Below, in pieces: positions 52,273 to 64,000 of a DNA stretch of 64,000 bases; positions within the stretch are counted from its first letter, which is position 1, and each line of letters begins with the position of its first letter. The DNA is from Gnetum montanum (taxonomy: Eukaryota > Plantae > Gnetophyta). The notes beneath the pieces are model-generated. The model made no database searches. It had not been told where the DNA came from and saw nothing but the letters and a program-made list of their open reading frames with translations. Location: assembly GCA_015680685.1 (NCBI GenBank), contig MNCI01000164.1, forward strand, positions 23,665 through 87,664. The letters are read 5' to 3'. A program made the position numbers and the translations under genes.

Positions 52273-54700
52273 AATAAGGAAACTGAAAAATGAATAAATA
52301 TTTTTATTTAGAAAAACAACACTTTCAAATATTTTTTTAAAACAATTATTTTTAAAAGATACAAATTGAAAACCATTCAAGTTGGGCATCATAAGATGAT
52401 AATAATAGTAACGATAAGATCTTATTAATGAGGTCTAGCTTGTCTGCATCCTATAATTCACCATTCAATCTCAGTTGCAATGATCACGTGAGTTGTGATA
52501 CTAAAGTGTACTTCATTGGTTGGACTACTGAGCTGTATCTCATAGGTTATGGATTCAATTGCAACTAGTTATGCTGAGATCTACGGATATTGTCCAAAGA
52601 AGAGTTTCAAAGAATCATTCATCACTGTAGTTCTTGTTTATTATTTTAGGATTTTAGTTATGAACTTGTTGCTAATAATATATAGAGAAATTTTCTTTTA
52701 TTTTAAAATACATTTTTTCCCTCTAGTACAGATTATTTGTCAAATAAAATTTATCTTCCCAGATTCTCATTAAAAATTTTGTAATAGACATTGCCTATTT
52801 ATTACATGGTGCTTTGTTATTGCATTTTATGGATCATATTAGAGGTTTTGCGATTCTTGTTTTAATTTAAAAATGTGCGTTGTTATTGTATTTTTTTATA
52901 TAGGTTGTGTGTTGGGAACTTTGGAATGCCTAGAGGATCTATATTATACATGTATCATGTAAATGCGATATATACAATAGTAATGATGCACTTTTTTGTA
53001 AAATTTTGAATTTTCATTTAGTGTATATAGTATATTTATTTTTACAGAGATTGAGTAAAGAATTTTTGTAGCTTGTTCAGAGTGATTATCAGTTCACCAA
53101 TGTTAGTGGCTTCTCCATTGCATTTCTTTGAATTCTTATTCTTAGCTCCATCTGAAGAACAAAAGCAATACTTGATGGAATAAACAAAGTATGATTCTTT
53201 TAAAGTACAACTTGATCCTAAGATCAAAATTGTCAAATACATACTCTTTGTGCTTACAACAGATTGTTAGTAAAACTAGCAGATTCTGGTGTTGAAAAAT
53301 TACCGAGAATTGTATTTGGGTAATAATCATCTATTGAAATATTGAGGATTAGCATCTTCATACTTCTTTCATGAAACATTAACCTTAATATTCTCTACTC
53401 CATTGGAGGAAAAATATGAGAAGACTCTTCAACTATTATGGCTTAAATGCCATTAAAACATAGTGAGACGTATTGATGAACACTTGAACATAGAACATTC
53501 TTTATACCATTGAGCATAAAAATAAGCATAGTAAGGCATAAACTATGGCAACTCTGGGATGCATTTAAGAGGCCTCCTTGAGGCATCTTCTCTAGTTAAA
53601 CTCAGGTGTGTTTGAGAGAAATGAGGCTGTAAATTTTTTTTTTGTGAGAAGGAAAGGAAGTAGAAAACCAATTTATGAGAAGATTGAGAGAAGTGGATGT
53701 GGGAAATACCAAACAATTGGGGCCTTCCATGGATGGAAGAGTTTTCAATTGTGTGAGTAGTGTTGTAGCAAGGATGGGAGAGAAAGAAAAGGGCTGTTTA
53801 AGGATACAGCATGGAGTATGAGAAGGGAAAGAAAAGCTTTATGCTATTTATGTTGAAATCCTTCAATGCTTCATTGTATTATACGTGAGGCCCATGGCCT
53901 CCTTTTATAGTTGGAAAAAGGGAATAACTTTGCCAAGTTTAACATGTGTCTCATGAACACTCTATTAATCTCTTCTTTCTCTTTTGGGATATTTTCTTTT
54001 ACTAGGCTTTTTTCTATCTATTCTAGCTACATTTCTTTGTTTTTTAGCTTTCTTTTGATAAATAACTTTAAAGCATAAAAAGCACTAACTACTTGATTTT
54101 AGAGGGTCAAAGAAAACAAGAAAGATAAAGTTGGGCATTGCCCAAAATCATGACAATTCTTCAAAAACTTCCACATTGAATGTGCTCTTTGCCTTCAAGA
54201 TTTGATGTTGCCTTTATTTTTTTCTTCTTGAAAAAAGGTCTTTGACATTTAAATTTCATTGTGTTGGGATCTTTCTTGCTTGATCTTGTTTGAGACCTTG
54301 ATCTTGAGCAATTTTTCTTGGAGCTCGACAATTTTGGTGCTTTTCTTGAATATCCTTGAGGCTTCATACTTGTTCTTGAGTCTTTGATACTTAGAATTCT
54401 TGAAGCATGTGTTTGAGGCTTGAGTCTTCTTATATTATGAGGTTTCTTTAATTTTTTATGTGTTGCCTTGATTATTTTCTCCTCCTTGTATAATTTAGCT
54501 TATTTGAGAGATTGGGTGGCATAGATTTGAGCCACATTAGGGCCATTTTAGGCCTTGGCCAACTTTGGACCATTTTTTGTGCCTTCCTTAAGCATCCTTG
54601 TGTCTTCTTGGCTTTTAAGCTATTATATTGCCTAAAAATTTAGGGACCATTTAGGCCATCAACATTGGGCTTCCATGAGCCATTACATCTTGCCACTTCG

Positions 54701-55351
54701 ACATCTACAATATTTGGCCACTTAGCTTACAATTTTAGAGTCAATTGGTTGGCTTATGATTGTGTGTTTTTTCAAATTACACTTACCTTCTTAGGTAGGT
54801 CTTCCTTGGGTTGCCAATCTTTAACTCTTCAATTACTTTTGATTATGTGTCTTTGTAGTTCACATTAGCCTCATTGGGTGTTCCTCTATGGGTTGCCTTC
54901 TTAATTTTTGGCTTCAACTTGTTTACCTTCTAGTACAAATATGCAATTGCAAATGGGCTACAAACATAGAAATTTTTGAGAGAGAGGAAGAATGGAAATG
55001 TGTTCTCTTTAAATTCCTATGAGGACATGACATAGGGCCTTCGGGAGCAATATTTTTGCCATCTTTTGTGGCTTACAGTAAGGGGAAGAAAGACAGATTT
55101 TGGGCTTCATACACACATAAGACTTGAACTACAAGTATTGAGAGGTTTGAATGAGATGAACACCTCCCTTAAAGATGAAATGCCTCATCATTTACAAACA
55201 ATATTAACAATATGCCTCAACAAATTAACTTAACAATTATGCTTCATTATTTCTTCAACAAATATTGTGCCTGATCTATCTTCTTTAAAACATTTAATGC
55301 TTGGTTGTATTCTTAAATAATTGTATTGTAATATGAAATTGAGATGCCCAC
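54701..55351 (+). repeat. Copy 1 of a ~650-bp near-identical duplication (copy 2 at 56094-56743)
   Basis: Alignment by eye shows about a dozen differences. Confidence 0.95.
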
Positions 55352-55821
55352 TGATGAGACGCGGTTTACACTAGGCCGCGATATCGCGTACGCGATATCG
55401 CGTCTTCTCCTGCGATATCGCGTACGCGATATGGCGTCGCGCCGCCATTTCTATAAATAAGAGGCGGCACTCCCCTTTTTCCCCAATCCTGGCTAGTGTA
55501 GCGAAGCTCTGGCAGATTGATCACTCCAGAGTTAGAATTTTTCCCCATGTGCCCACAGTAGGAGTCCTAGAGTGAACGGCTCTTTATTCGAGCAGCTTGT
55601 AACCTGAACCCAAGTTGTGTACGGCAATAAAGACAAACTTGTTTGGATAACCCTTGCAGCACGTGGATAACCCAAGTTGTGTACGGCTCTTTATTACTTT
55701 CATTTACTGCTTTACTAGTGCGTTCAAGTACGACTTGATTACGAGCGTCTACGGACGTGTACGGCTAGTCAAGGAATCGGCTGCTTGACGCAATGCATGA
55801 GTACGACTCAATTACGAGCAT
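55352..55821 (+). mobile_element. 5' part of a young, CpG-rich LTR running into an assembly gap
   Basis: Starts TGATGAG right after ...GCCCAC. Palindromic CG array, TATA (CTATAAATA ~55451) and AATAAA ~55626. Absent from the duplicate flank. Confidence 0.8.
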
Positions 55822-56093
55822 NNNNNNNNNNNNNNNNNNNNNNNNNNNNNNNNNNNNNNNNNNNNNNNNNNNNNNNNNNNNNNNNNNNNNNNNNNNNNNN
55901 NNNNNNNNNNNNNNNNNNNNNNNNNNNNNNNNNNNNNNNNNNNNNNNNNNNNNNNNNNNNNNNNNNNNNNNNNNNNNNNNNNNNNNNNNNNNNNNNNNNN
56001 NNNNNNNNNNNNNNNNNNNNNNNNNNNNNNNNNNNNNNNNNNNNNNNNNNNNNNNNNNNNNNNNNNNNNNNNNNNNNNNNNNNNNNNNNNNNN

Positions 56094-56743
56094 ACATCTA
56101 CAATATTTGGCCACTTAGCTTACAATTTTAGAGTCAATTGGTTGGCTTATGATTGTGTGTTTTTTCAAATTACACTTACCTTCTTAGGTAGGTCTTCCTT
56201 GGGTTGCCAATCTTTAACTCTTCAGTTACTTTTGATTATGTGTCTTTGCAGTTCACATTAGCCTCATTGGGTGTTCCTCTATGGGTTGCCTTCTTAATTT
56301 TTGGCTTCAACTTGTTTACCTTCTAGTACAAATATGCAATTGCAAATGGGCTACAAACATAGAAATTTTTGAGAGAGAGAAAGAATGAAAATGTGTTCTC
56401 TTTAAATTCCTATGAGGACATGACATAAGGCCTTCGGAGCAATTTTTTTGCCATCTTTTGTGGCTTACAGTAAGGGGAAGAAAGACAAATTTTGGGCTTC
56501 ATACACACATAAGACTTGAACTACAAGTATTGAGAGGCTTGAATGAGATGAACACCTCCCTTAAAGATGAAATGCCTCATCATTTACAGACAATATTAAC
56601 AATATGCCTCAACAAATTAACTTAACAATTATGCTTCATTATTTCTTCAACAAATATTGTGCGTGATCTATCTTCTTTAAAACATTTAATGGTTGGTTGT
56701 ATTCTTAAATAATTGTATTGTAATATGAAATTGAGATGCCCAC
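56094..56743 (+). repeat. Copy 2 of the duplication, with an empty insertion site
   Basis: ...GAGATGCCCAC continues as AAAGACC with no LTR. Confidence 0.95.
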
Positions 56744-57139
56744 AAAGACCTCTAGGATGTATAGAATTGAACTTGACTTTGGGCTATGAGGCCAAGACCC
56801 TTACTACTACTCATTGTTGATATAAGTACACCAACTTTGAACTTATGATGTAGAGCTTTTAAATTAAGAGTGTTACTACTAGGCTAATACCTTATTGCTA
56901 AGGCTTTCATTGATTATGCATCATCTAACTTATTTTGCTCAGTAGCAATAAAACTTCAAGAAATATCATGGCTCTTCCTTACCTTCTATTCATTTATGCC
57001 ACTGCCATTTTTCAAATGTTTACAAATATTTTAAAAAATATACCATAATCCCATTTATCTCTCTTTCATCTTGTACACAAGCAAAATGAACGGTTTAAAT
57101 TAATGACGTAAGTTTGAGCAAAATTTAAATTCCAATCCA

Positions 57140-58165
57140 TAGCAATTAAGGTTTCGCGGCAGTATCGCGAAACCTCAATCTGAATTTTGTATAAGTACTA
57201 CCATTCCTGCACTGAAGCTGCTCCCTCACCATATGCTCTCTTGCGCTTGCTGACTTTCGTGTTCTCCGAACGGAAATTCTGCGCTCGCTTGTGGAGTTCT
57301 TGTTATCTGAATGCAAATTCTGCACTCGTTGAGCTTTCTTGTGTTTGCATGCAAATTGTTTGTCTGTGAGCATATCGTGCATACGCCACTTGCTTTCAGC
57401 ATACACACTGCACACACGAATTGCCCAACTTTTGTTTAGCACGGCATACGCCATTCACCATTCGCGCAGCAGCTGCTTGTTTTTCTGTTGATTTCTTGGT
57501 TTTATCAGACGCACAGCAACGCGCGAACAAGCTCATCTTTGGCTACTGGTTTTTCTTTCATTTCATACATTGAGCAGTGCTCCAAGAAGCTCTTCTTCAG
57601 CTACGCTTCTGCTGTTTCAGCAGAAGCTATGCAGAGCTGACAGAAGCTGCTTTCTTGATTGTGTTTATACGTAAATTGTTTCTGTCAACATACGCTGCAT
57701 ACGCCACTTACTTTCAGCATACACGGCAGACACGAATCCCACAGCTTTTGTTTCACCCGACATACGCCATCATTCACACAGCTTTTTTCTCCCTTGATTT
57801 CTTGCAGCTTTTTTTCCCTGTTGATTTCTTGCTTTCATCAGACGCAGAGCAACGCTCGAAGAAGCTTGTCGCTAGCTGCTGGTTTTTATTGCATACATCG
57901 AGCAGCGCTCCAAGAATCTCTTCTTTGGCTACGCTTGTGCTCTTTCAGCAGCAGCCAGCTCTCTTTTAGCAGCAGCTACTTAGAGCTTTGCATCAGCAGC
58001 AGCTACTTTTGCATTTGCAGCAGCAGCTGAATAATTGTACTTCTTGGCGATGGGTTTCTTACGGAAGTTAATCAATTGCATTTTCTTCCGTCCTGCGGAA
58101 AATAAGCATGATGATTCTTCTTCTTCTTTGCACAACAGTACTCACCACAGTGGCACTCAGCAGGT
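57140..58165 (+). promoter_or_regulatory. CpG/CAG-retaining island, possible promoter and first exon of the kinesin gene; contains a ~320-bp tandem duplication (~57375-57620 vs ~57695-57945)
   Basis: CG and CAG/CTG are not depleted, unlike the flanks. Duplicated GCATACGCCACTT.CTTTCAGCATACAC. Candidate donor CAG|GTATGA at ~58163. Confidence 0.45.
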
Positions 58166-59100
58166 ATGATTGCAGGATCTTTGCTTTAATATCTTTCTCT
58201 CTTTTTTTAGGGGTATGCTTTTTTAGATTTAATATTTTTCCTTTCTGGCAACTTTGTAGGGTTAGCTGTTAACTGTTAACAATGTGCCAATTCATGTCAC
58301 ATATTCTACTTAAACCTTACATCATCCCGAAGGAGAAACTGTTGAAATATATGGTTTGATGTGAGACCTTCAATAACCTTGTTGTTAAAGTAGTTCTAGT
58401 TATGAGGTCAGAAGCTCAATAAATTTTAATTGTAAGTTTATTGAATGTTAAATAACTTTGGTATATCTTCTTTGATGCAATGTCAAGCACCTTGGGAGAT
58501 GGTTCTATGTTTTAATTTAAAAAATAAAGAAAAATAAACATGATTTCATTATTTTAAAGTTGAGTTCAGGCCATGTTAATGTAAAAAGAAAAAGTAAAAA
58601 AAATATCGAAGGTGTTGTTGTGTCACATATTGCAAACGCACTGACATTTATAAAAGCATGTAAAGGGTTCATTGATGAGAGAATAGTATAAGAGTAGGTG
58701 TCATGGTGCTTGAATACTAAATAAAGTCATACTACCTCAATTTTAAGAAAAATGAATTGCTAAAGATTTACTGTCACATTTGCTAGACAAATTGCTTGAA
58801 CTTCTTGCTTCTATTTTAGCCTGAATTTCTTAGCATCATGTAGCCTAAATTTTTAGCTAGAATATCATTTCAATTCATGTTCTCACAACAAATTTGATAA
58901 AAAATGTGATTAAGCAGGTAGAATCAAATCTTGAAATTCCATATAGCTGAGTTTGCTTTAGTTTGTGACATTTTATTTCATTGGGGCTTTTCTTTATTTC
59001 TTTTTCTTTCTTATTTGTTTTTGGCACAATTATTGCAACTGCTCCTATGAATGACAACCAAGTTGAACCAGTTAAAAAATAGTGCCTATATCGATCTCAA

Positions 59101-59175
59101 CAATGACTTGCAACCAAGTCACAATGACTTGCAACCAAGTCACAATAACTTGCAACCAAGTCACAATAACTTGCA
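59101..59175. repeat. 21-bp tandem repeat CAATGACTTGCAACCAAGTCA (~3.5 copies)
   Basis: Read directly. Confidence 0.9.
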
Positions 59176-59999
59176 TTGACATTTCAGTCACATGGGATCA
59201 ATATCTTTGAATTCCAACAGGCCACAGAGATATCCAATACAAGCTGTAGATACAGAACGAAAGGTCAATGTCACAAGTAAAAATTGGGGTACCACCAAAG
59301 AACTTAACTATAACAATATTTAAAAGCCAAGAAAAAACACTTGAATTTCTTCATACTCACAGTCATTGTCATATCTGTATAGTCTTGCTTCATCATAATT
59401 GCTTTCTGACAAAGAGTGTAGCATAGTGCAAGAACACAAAATTAGAGAACAAAAACTTGTTTCTACACCTTGGTATTGTTAAATGCTTTCCAAATCCAAA
59501 ATGTTTATATAAATGAAACAATCAGAGCTATCAAACTTGTTGACCACACCAAAATTGAGATTACGAATTTGCCTAAATAGCTTGGTACTCCATCAAAAGT
59601 AATTGACAAGAAACGTGGCAAAATGTTTAGAAATCAAAAAATATAATCTAAAGAAAAATGACACAACCAACTATTAGAAGTTACACCAATCCCCAGGAGA
59701 AAAAGAGGCACACAGTTTTTATTTATGGCAAATTTCATAATATATGTTTATTAAAAGGCCCAATTGTGGTGGCTGCTATATATTGTTTAGTAAAAAGGTA
59801 AAAAGTAAGATTTTTATTAGTTATAATATTTATAGTGTAATAAAGTTATTTCAAAACAACAGCAATTCTCAGTTTAGCATCATATTCACCAACAATATTG
59901 TTAAATATTTATTGGTTAAAATTTCAAACTGCGTATTATAATGTAAAGAAAATTATTGTTAACATAAAGCAATGAACTAAGCTAGACAAGCATTAAGCA

Positions 60000-61250
60000 T
60001 AATAAAATAAAGTAAAGTATCCAATTGATGCATTGAAACTAAAGCCAGTTAACAGTAGCAAATGTGTATAAACATTGAAAACAAATAAAAATAAATGATA
60101 AAATAGGAGAGAAATATTTCAAGACGATGATGCCTTAGCAATAGATTTCTTGGCTTTGGACTTGGTAGGAACCTTTACATTCTTAACAATCTTATGATGT
60201 CTAATTCACCAAATAGCAAGTCTACTAATTCATAAGTACTAGATGACCAAGAAATGCTTGAATCAAATTCATTATTTTCTTTCGTCAAAGATGTTTGACC
60301 AATGAGAGTAGTTTAAGATTGTAAGCTAGTTTCTTACCAATGAGATGACATTGGTTATGGCTCCATCATCTACTTGCACCAAGGATAGTGATACATTGTC
60401 TCCAATCCATAAGGTGATAATGGTTCAAACTTGGTACATGACATCCATCATACAATGTGTTTTGATGTTTTCTGCATTGAAAATGAAATAGTCAACCTCA
60501 TAGCATGGAGGATTGAACACTAATGAGGTGACGTGAACATTAGGCTGAATGTTTGAAGGCAGTATGATAGACTTTAGAAGCTGCTCCAATGTCATATGAT
60601 GTTCCTTTGAAGTGGAGATGAGGTCAAAAAGAGAGGTTTGTCCCATTTGAATTCACTATAGTAGTGATTTGGGGTAAAGCCTTCCTCCTAGGACTTTCAT
60701 CCTTGGAAATTGGCGTAGGAGGAACAACATACGATGTAGATGGAGGAGTTGAGGTAACAATGGGAGCAGGAGGACTTGTATTTAATTTACCTTAGAATGA
60801 AACTTTCTTTTTGTATTTAACAAGCTGCTCATTGGTTTGTTTCTTCTCGTTCCCTTTGTCATTGGCCATTGCTTTCTTTTGAGCCCAAGTAAGGATCTTG
60901 ATAGATAAAGAAGGCGTAGAAAGGAAGGGAGGCTCTTGTGACTTAGGTAGAGATAAGGGGTGCGAAGGAGGATGAATAACATAGGGTAAAATAGGCAGAC
61001 AATCAATTGGAGGAGCAGGTGTAGGAACTCTATATCTTAGAGGAGAGGGAAAATAACTAAATGTAGGTTGGGAACATGTATGGACCTTATCATAATGAGG
61101 TATCATGTTCATAAGTAATGGGGCCCTATGTATGTTCTGGGAGGAGGGAGCATTAGTGTCATTCCAGGAATATTGATAACAAAAAGCTTTTTGGGCCTTG
61201 ATGGGGTTGAACTAGAGGATGAGAAAAATTGATACTAGGATGATATCATT
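60000..61250 (-). mobile_element. Degenerate gypsy gag-protease fragment
   Basis: TSLFDLISTSKEHH..LEQLL is followed by a VQVDDGAITNV protease-like motif. Confidence 0.5.
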
Positions 61251-61355
61251 TGATAACAATGTACCAATTCATCAAGATTAATTAAAGATTATTTACTGCT
61301 TACAGGGTGGCATTTTATCACTTGTTTATTGTTTATACTTGTTGCAATGTATCAG

Positions 61356-63145
61356 ATAAATGATCAAGTGGGATACCAGGAGGTGAGCAACATGGTAAGA
61401 GATCAGGTAAGTGGTCAGGTAAGGATTCAGAATTCTGGATATTGTGAAGGAACCAAAAAGCTAGAAAGGAAATGGGTATCAACAAAGACAATGAAGATAG
61501 GTCAGTTTGTGTTTGTGTTTTTTAATTCCATTGAATCATTACTGAATTATTTATTTGAGCAATTTCTTCAGTTTAATAAATATTTTGATTGCAGGACTTG
61601 CCATTGCCCTTGATTTAGAAAGGAATTGTAATATTGTTTTTGCAAGAAAAATAAAATTGCAAGAAAAAGATTCATTTGTGGCTATACCTTGTCAAAAGAT
61701 CAATGCAAGTGAAAGTCATGAGACACAACAGAAGCTTTTGTTTCTTCAAAGTAGAATAGTCTTGGTAGGCAGCATTATTAATTTAAAAACTTTTCACTCA
61801 ATGATGTGTGCGTTTGTCTTTTAATTTTTTAAATTATTATGAAATTACGGAAGATAGTATTGACATTTTTATTACTTAGGATCTTAAATGTTGCCACCAA
61901 AATTTAAAAACAGAGGTGGAAAATTTTCAGGAGGAGTTCAAGCTGTCACTACCGCAATTCAGTAAGCAATTGAAATGTTTTATTTATTTGTCACATATAC
62001 ATGAAAATCAGCTATGTTTTAAGTTTCTCTAATTTGTTTAGCAGATAGTTGTATTCAAGATTTGTCAACAAATAAATTCCTTAAGAAGAATTCACAAGCA
62101 CAATATGAATTGCAAAAATACAGAGGTATAAGCTATTGTTTAGTATTTTTTAAAAGCTGTTATGTGATAAAATTGCAATACATTATTTATATATTTTTTT
62201 TACAGGGGATATTCGAGTTTATTGTAGGATCAAACCAATTTTGATCAAACAAAAAGCCCTCAAGTTTTCAACTCATTGTGTTGGGAAAAGGGATATTCTC
62301 ATAATTGAAAATCCAACAAAAGCAGGAAAACAAGGGGGCTGTAAGATGTTTTCATTTAATAAGATATTTGGTCCATTTGCTACCCAGGGTATGTAAGCTT
62401 CTAAGCTTCTCCTTTTATTTTTTAAAATTTGGATTTTGAGAAATGTTCGTAGTAATATTAACTCCAACTCTTAAAAAAAAAACACAAAAATCAGGAGATA
62501 TATTTTCAGATATGCAACCGCTGATGAAATCTATCTTAGATGGTGTCAATGTCTGCATTTTTGCATACGGACAGACAGGTTCTGGGAAAACATATTCTAT
62601 GGTTAGTTGCTATTAGATAGTAAAAGAAATTATAATATATTTTTATATTACATTACAATGTATTTTTATACTGAAAAATCACATTTTTCTTTTTATGCAG
62701 AGTGGCCCATCTACATTTTGTGAGCAGACATGTGGATTGAGTTTCAAAGCAATTAAAGAACTATTTGAACTATGTCTAGTCAAGAGTAATTCAGTTAGTT
62801 GTCGAGTCTTAATTCAGATGATAGAAGTATACAATGAGCAAGTTAGGGATCTACTGGCAACAAATTCAAGTAAAAGATATCCTTTTTGAAGAAAGCATTT
62901 TACTTAATGGAAACTATGTTTTATTGACATGTTTAATTTTTATTATAGAGTCACACAAGTTTCTTAACGTTTTTTACAGTAGATATTCATGATAGTTCTC
63001 TTCAAAATGGTGTACATACTGCTACTTCTGCAAGATTAGTTCCTGTCAAATCTGTTTCAGATGCAATCAGTCTCATAAACATTGGGGATAAAAAACGAGT
63101 TGTTGCATCAACAACTCAAAATGATTGCAGCAGCCGTTCACATAG
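61356..63145 (+). CDS. Kinesin-14 family motor protein, partial. Exons: 61356-61500, 61595-61764, 61880-61961, 62045-62125, 62206-62388, 62495-62601, 62701-62876, 62978-63145. Continues beyond the window.
   Basis: Phase-consistent exons with no stops. Neck ...[27 protein letters not shown]-loop [28 protein letters not shown] and switch I NDCSSRSH. The first exon(s) and start codon are uncertain. Confidence 0.92.
62877..62977 (+). other. U12-type (minor spliceosome) AT-AC intron
   Basis: 5' site ATATCCTTT, branch site TTCTTAAC at 62961-62968, terminal AC at 62976-62977. Splicing restores the frame (SKR|VDIH). Confidence 0.92.
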
Positions 63146-64000
63146 GTATGCTAAATTTTCTAATTTCTTCTGTTGACAATTAGTATAGCTGTATAGTAAG
63201 TTAGCATATTGTAACATCCCATTTTTTACCTTGTTATTTTAAAATTATATTGCCATGTAACACTTTACATAAACTTGTTAGTTCTCTGGGTAATATATGT
63301 TTTTGAAAAGTTAGGAAGGCTATGATGGTATTTTTCTAACATCACACTGAAAGGCCAAGAGTAAGTTTTTGTTTGATATGGATGAGGTGGAATTCCATCT
63401 TATTGTGTATTTTATTTGAAATCTATGAAACATATTATTTATTTACAAGAGAAGCAACCATTATGTCCTCTACGTGAATTGGTTTTATAAGAATAGGTGT
63501 AGAGACTGTTAGGATGGTTTGTGGGTGTTGACCATGCTTATTTTCTTAATATAAAATATCCTACCTTTATATGCTTGAGAGGTATTTTATTTTATGTTAA
63601 TATGAAAAGTTTTCTTAGGTGGTACCTTTGTTGCATTTTAGTTGTATTGGTTGCTAGTTTGGTGGGAGTTACATCTGAAATTGCACAGTTACAAAAATTA
63701 GGCTTGACTATGGTAGTTACAAATCAGGCTTGAATGTGGTTGGCAATCAATATGACAGTGACGAATCAGACCTGAATGTGGCAATCAATAAATATGGTAG
63801 TTATAACAAAGGTGTTAAATTTTGTATACAGAGATGCCTAGGTGACAGTAGAGGAGAGGGGCGGGGGAGTATTTTTGAGCTTTTGCTATTCAAGACTTTC
63901 TCAGTTCTATTTTGTTTAGAAGTTGGGGTTGTGATTTTAAATATAAGAGTTATGCTATCTTTCCACAAGTGTAGGAATGTTAGAGAAGAGGGAGACTTGC

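Noticed and set aside
52540-53210. Short AG...GT-bounded exon-like pieces
   Set aside because: Some contain stops, and none matches a protein I recognise or kinesin CH-domain motifs.
53330-54700. Minus-strand LTR/gag-like remnant (TATA-like at ~53905)
   Set aside because: Boundaries and domains are too degenerate to support a specific call.
57146-58030. Several 100-130-aa ORFs in the CpG island
   Set aside because: Low-complexity, overlapping on both strands, within a tandem duplication, and with no recognisable domain.

Overview
Repeat-rich land-plant nuclear DNA with three N-gaps. A large, heavily methylated genome, possibly gymnosperm-like, is inferred from pervasive CG and CHG deamination. 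Left to right: (1) An old Athila-type Ty3/gypsy element (1-16604) with degenerate gag-pol and a 3' extra ORF, carrying two nested solo LTRs, each with a perfect 5-bp TSD. (2) An L1 fragment, a Helitron-type PIF1 helicase remnant and a ~440-bp foldback. (3) An intron-containing SURF1 pseudogene (27088-45871, +) with LINE-filled introns. (4) Four copies of one L1-clade LINE family (27690-34036 -, 34721-39478 +, 44257-44701 +, 46208-52272 +). (5) A probable haplotype duplication with a young LTR in one copy only. (6) The 5' part of an intact kinesin-14 gene (61356-63145+) with a U12 AT-AC intron. The main discovery is in the LINE family. Its ORF2 does not end after EN-RT-zinc finger. It continues in frame into a domain resembling the extra-ORF domain of gypsy elements, then a coiled coil, then a C-terminal DnaJ/Hsp40 J-domain. 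The J-domain is recognisable in three copies and its C-terminal half in the fourth. All protein assignments are by eye from remembered family motifs; no database search was run.
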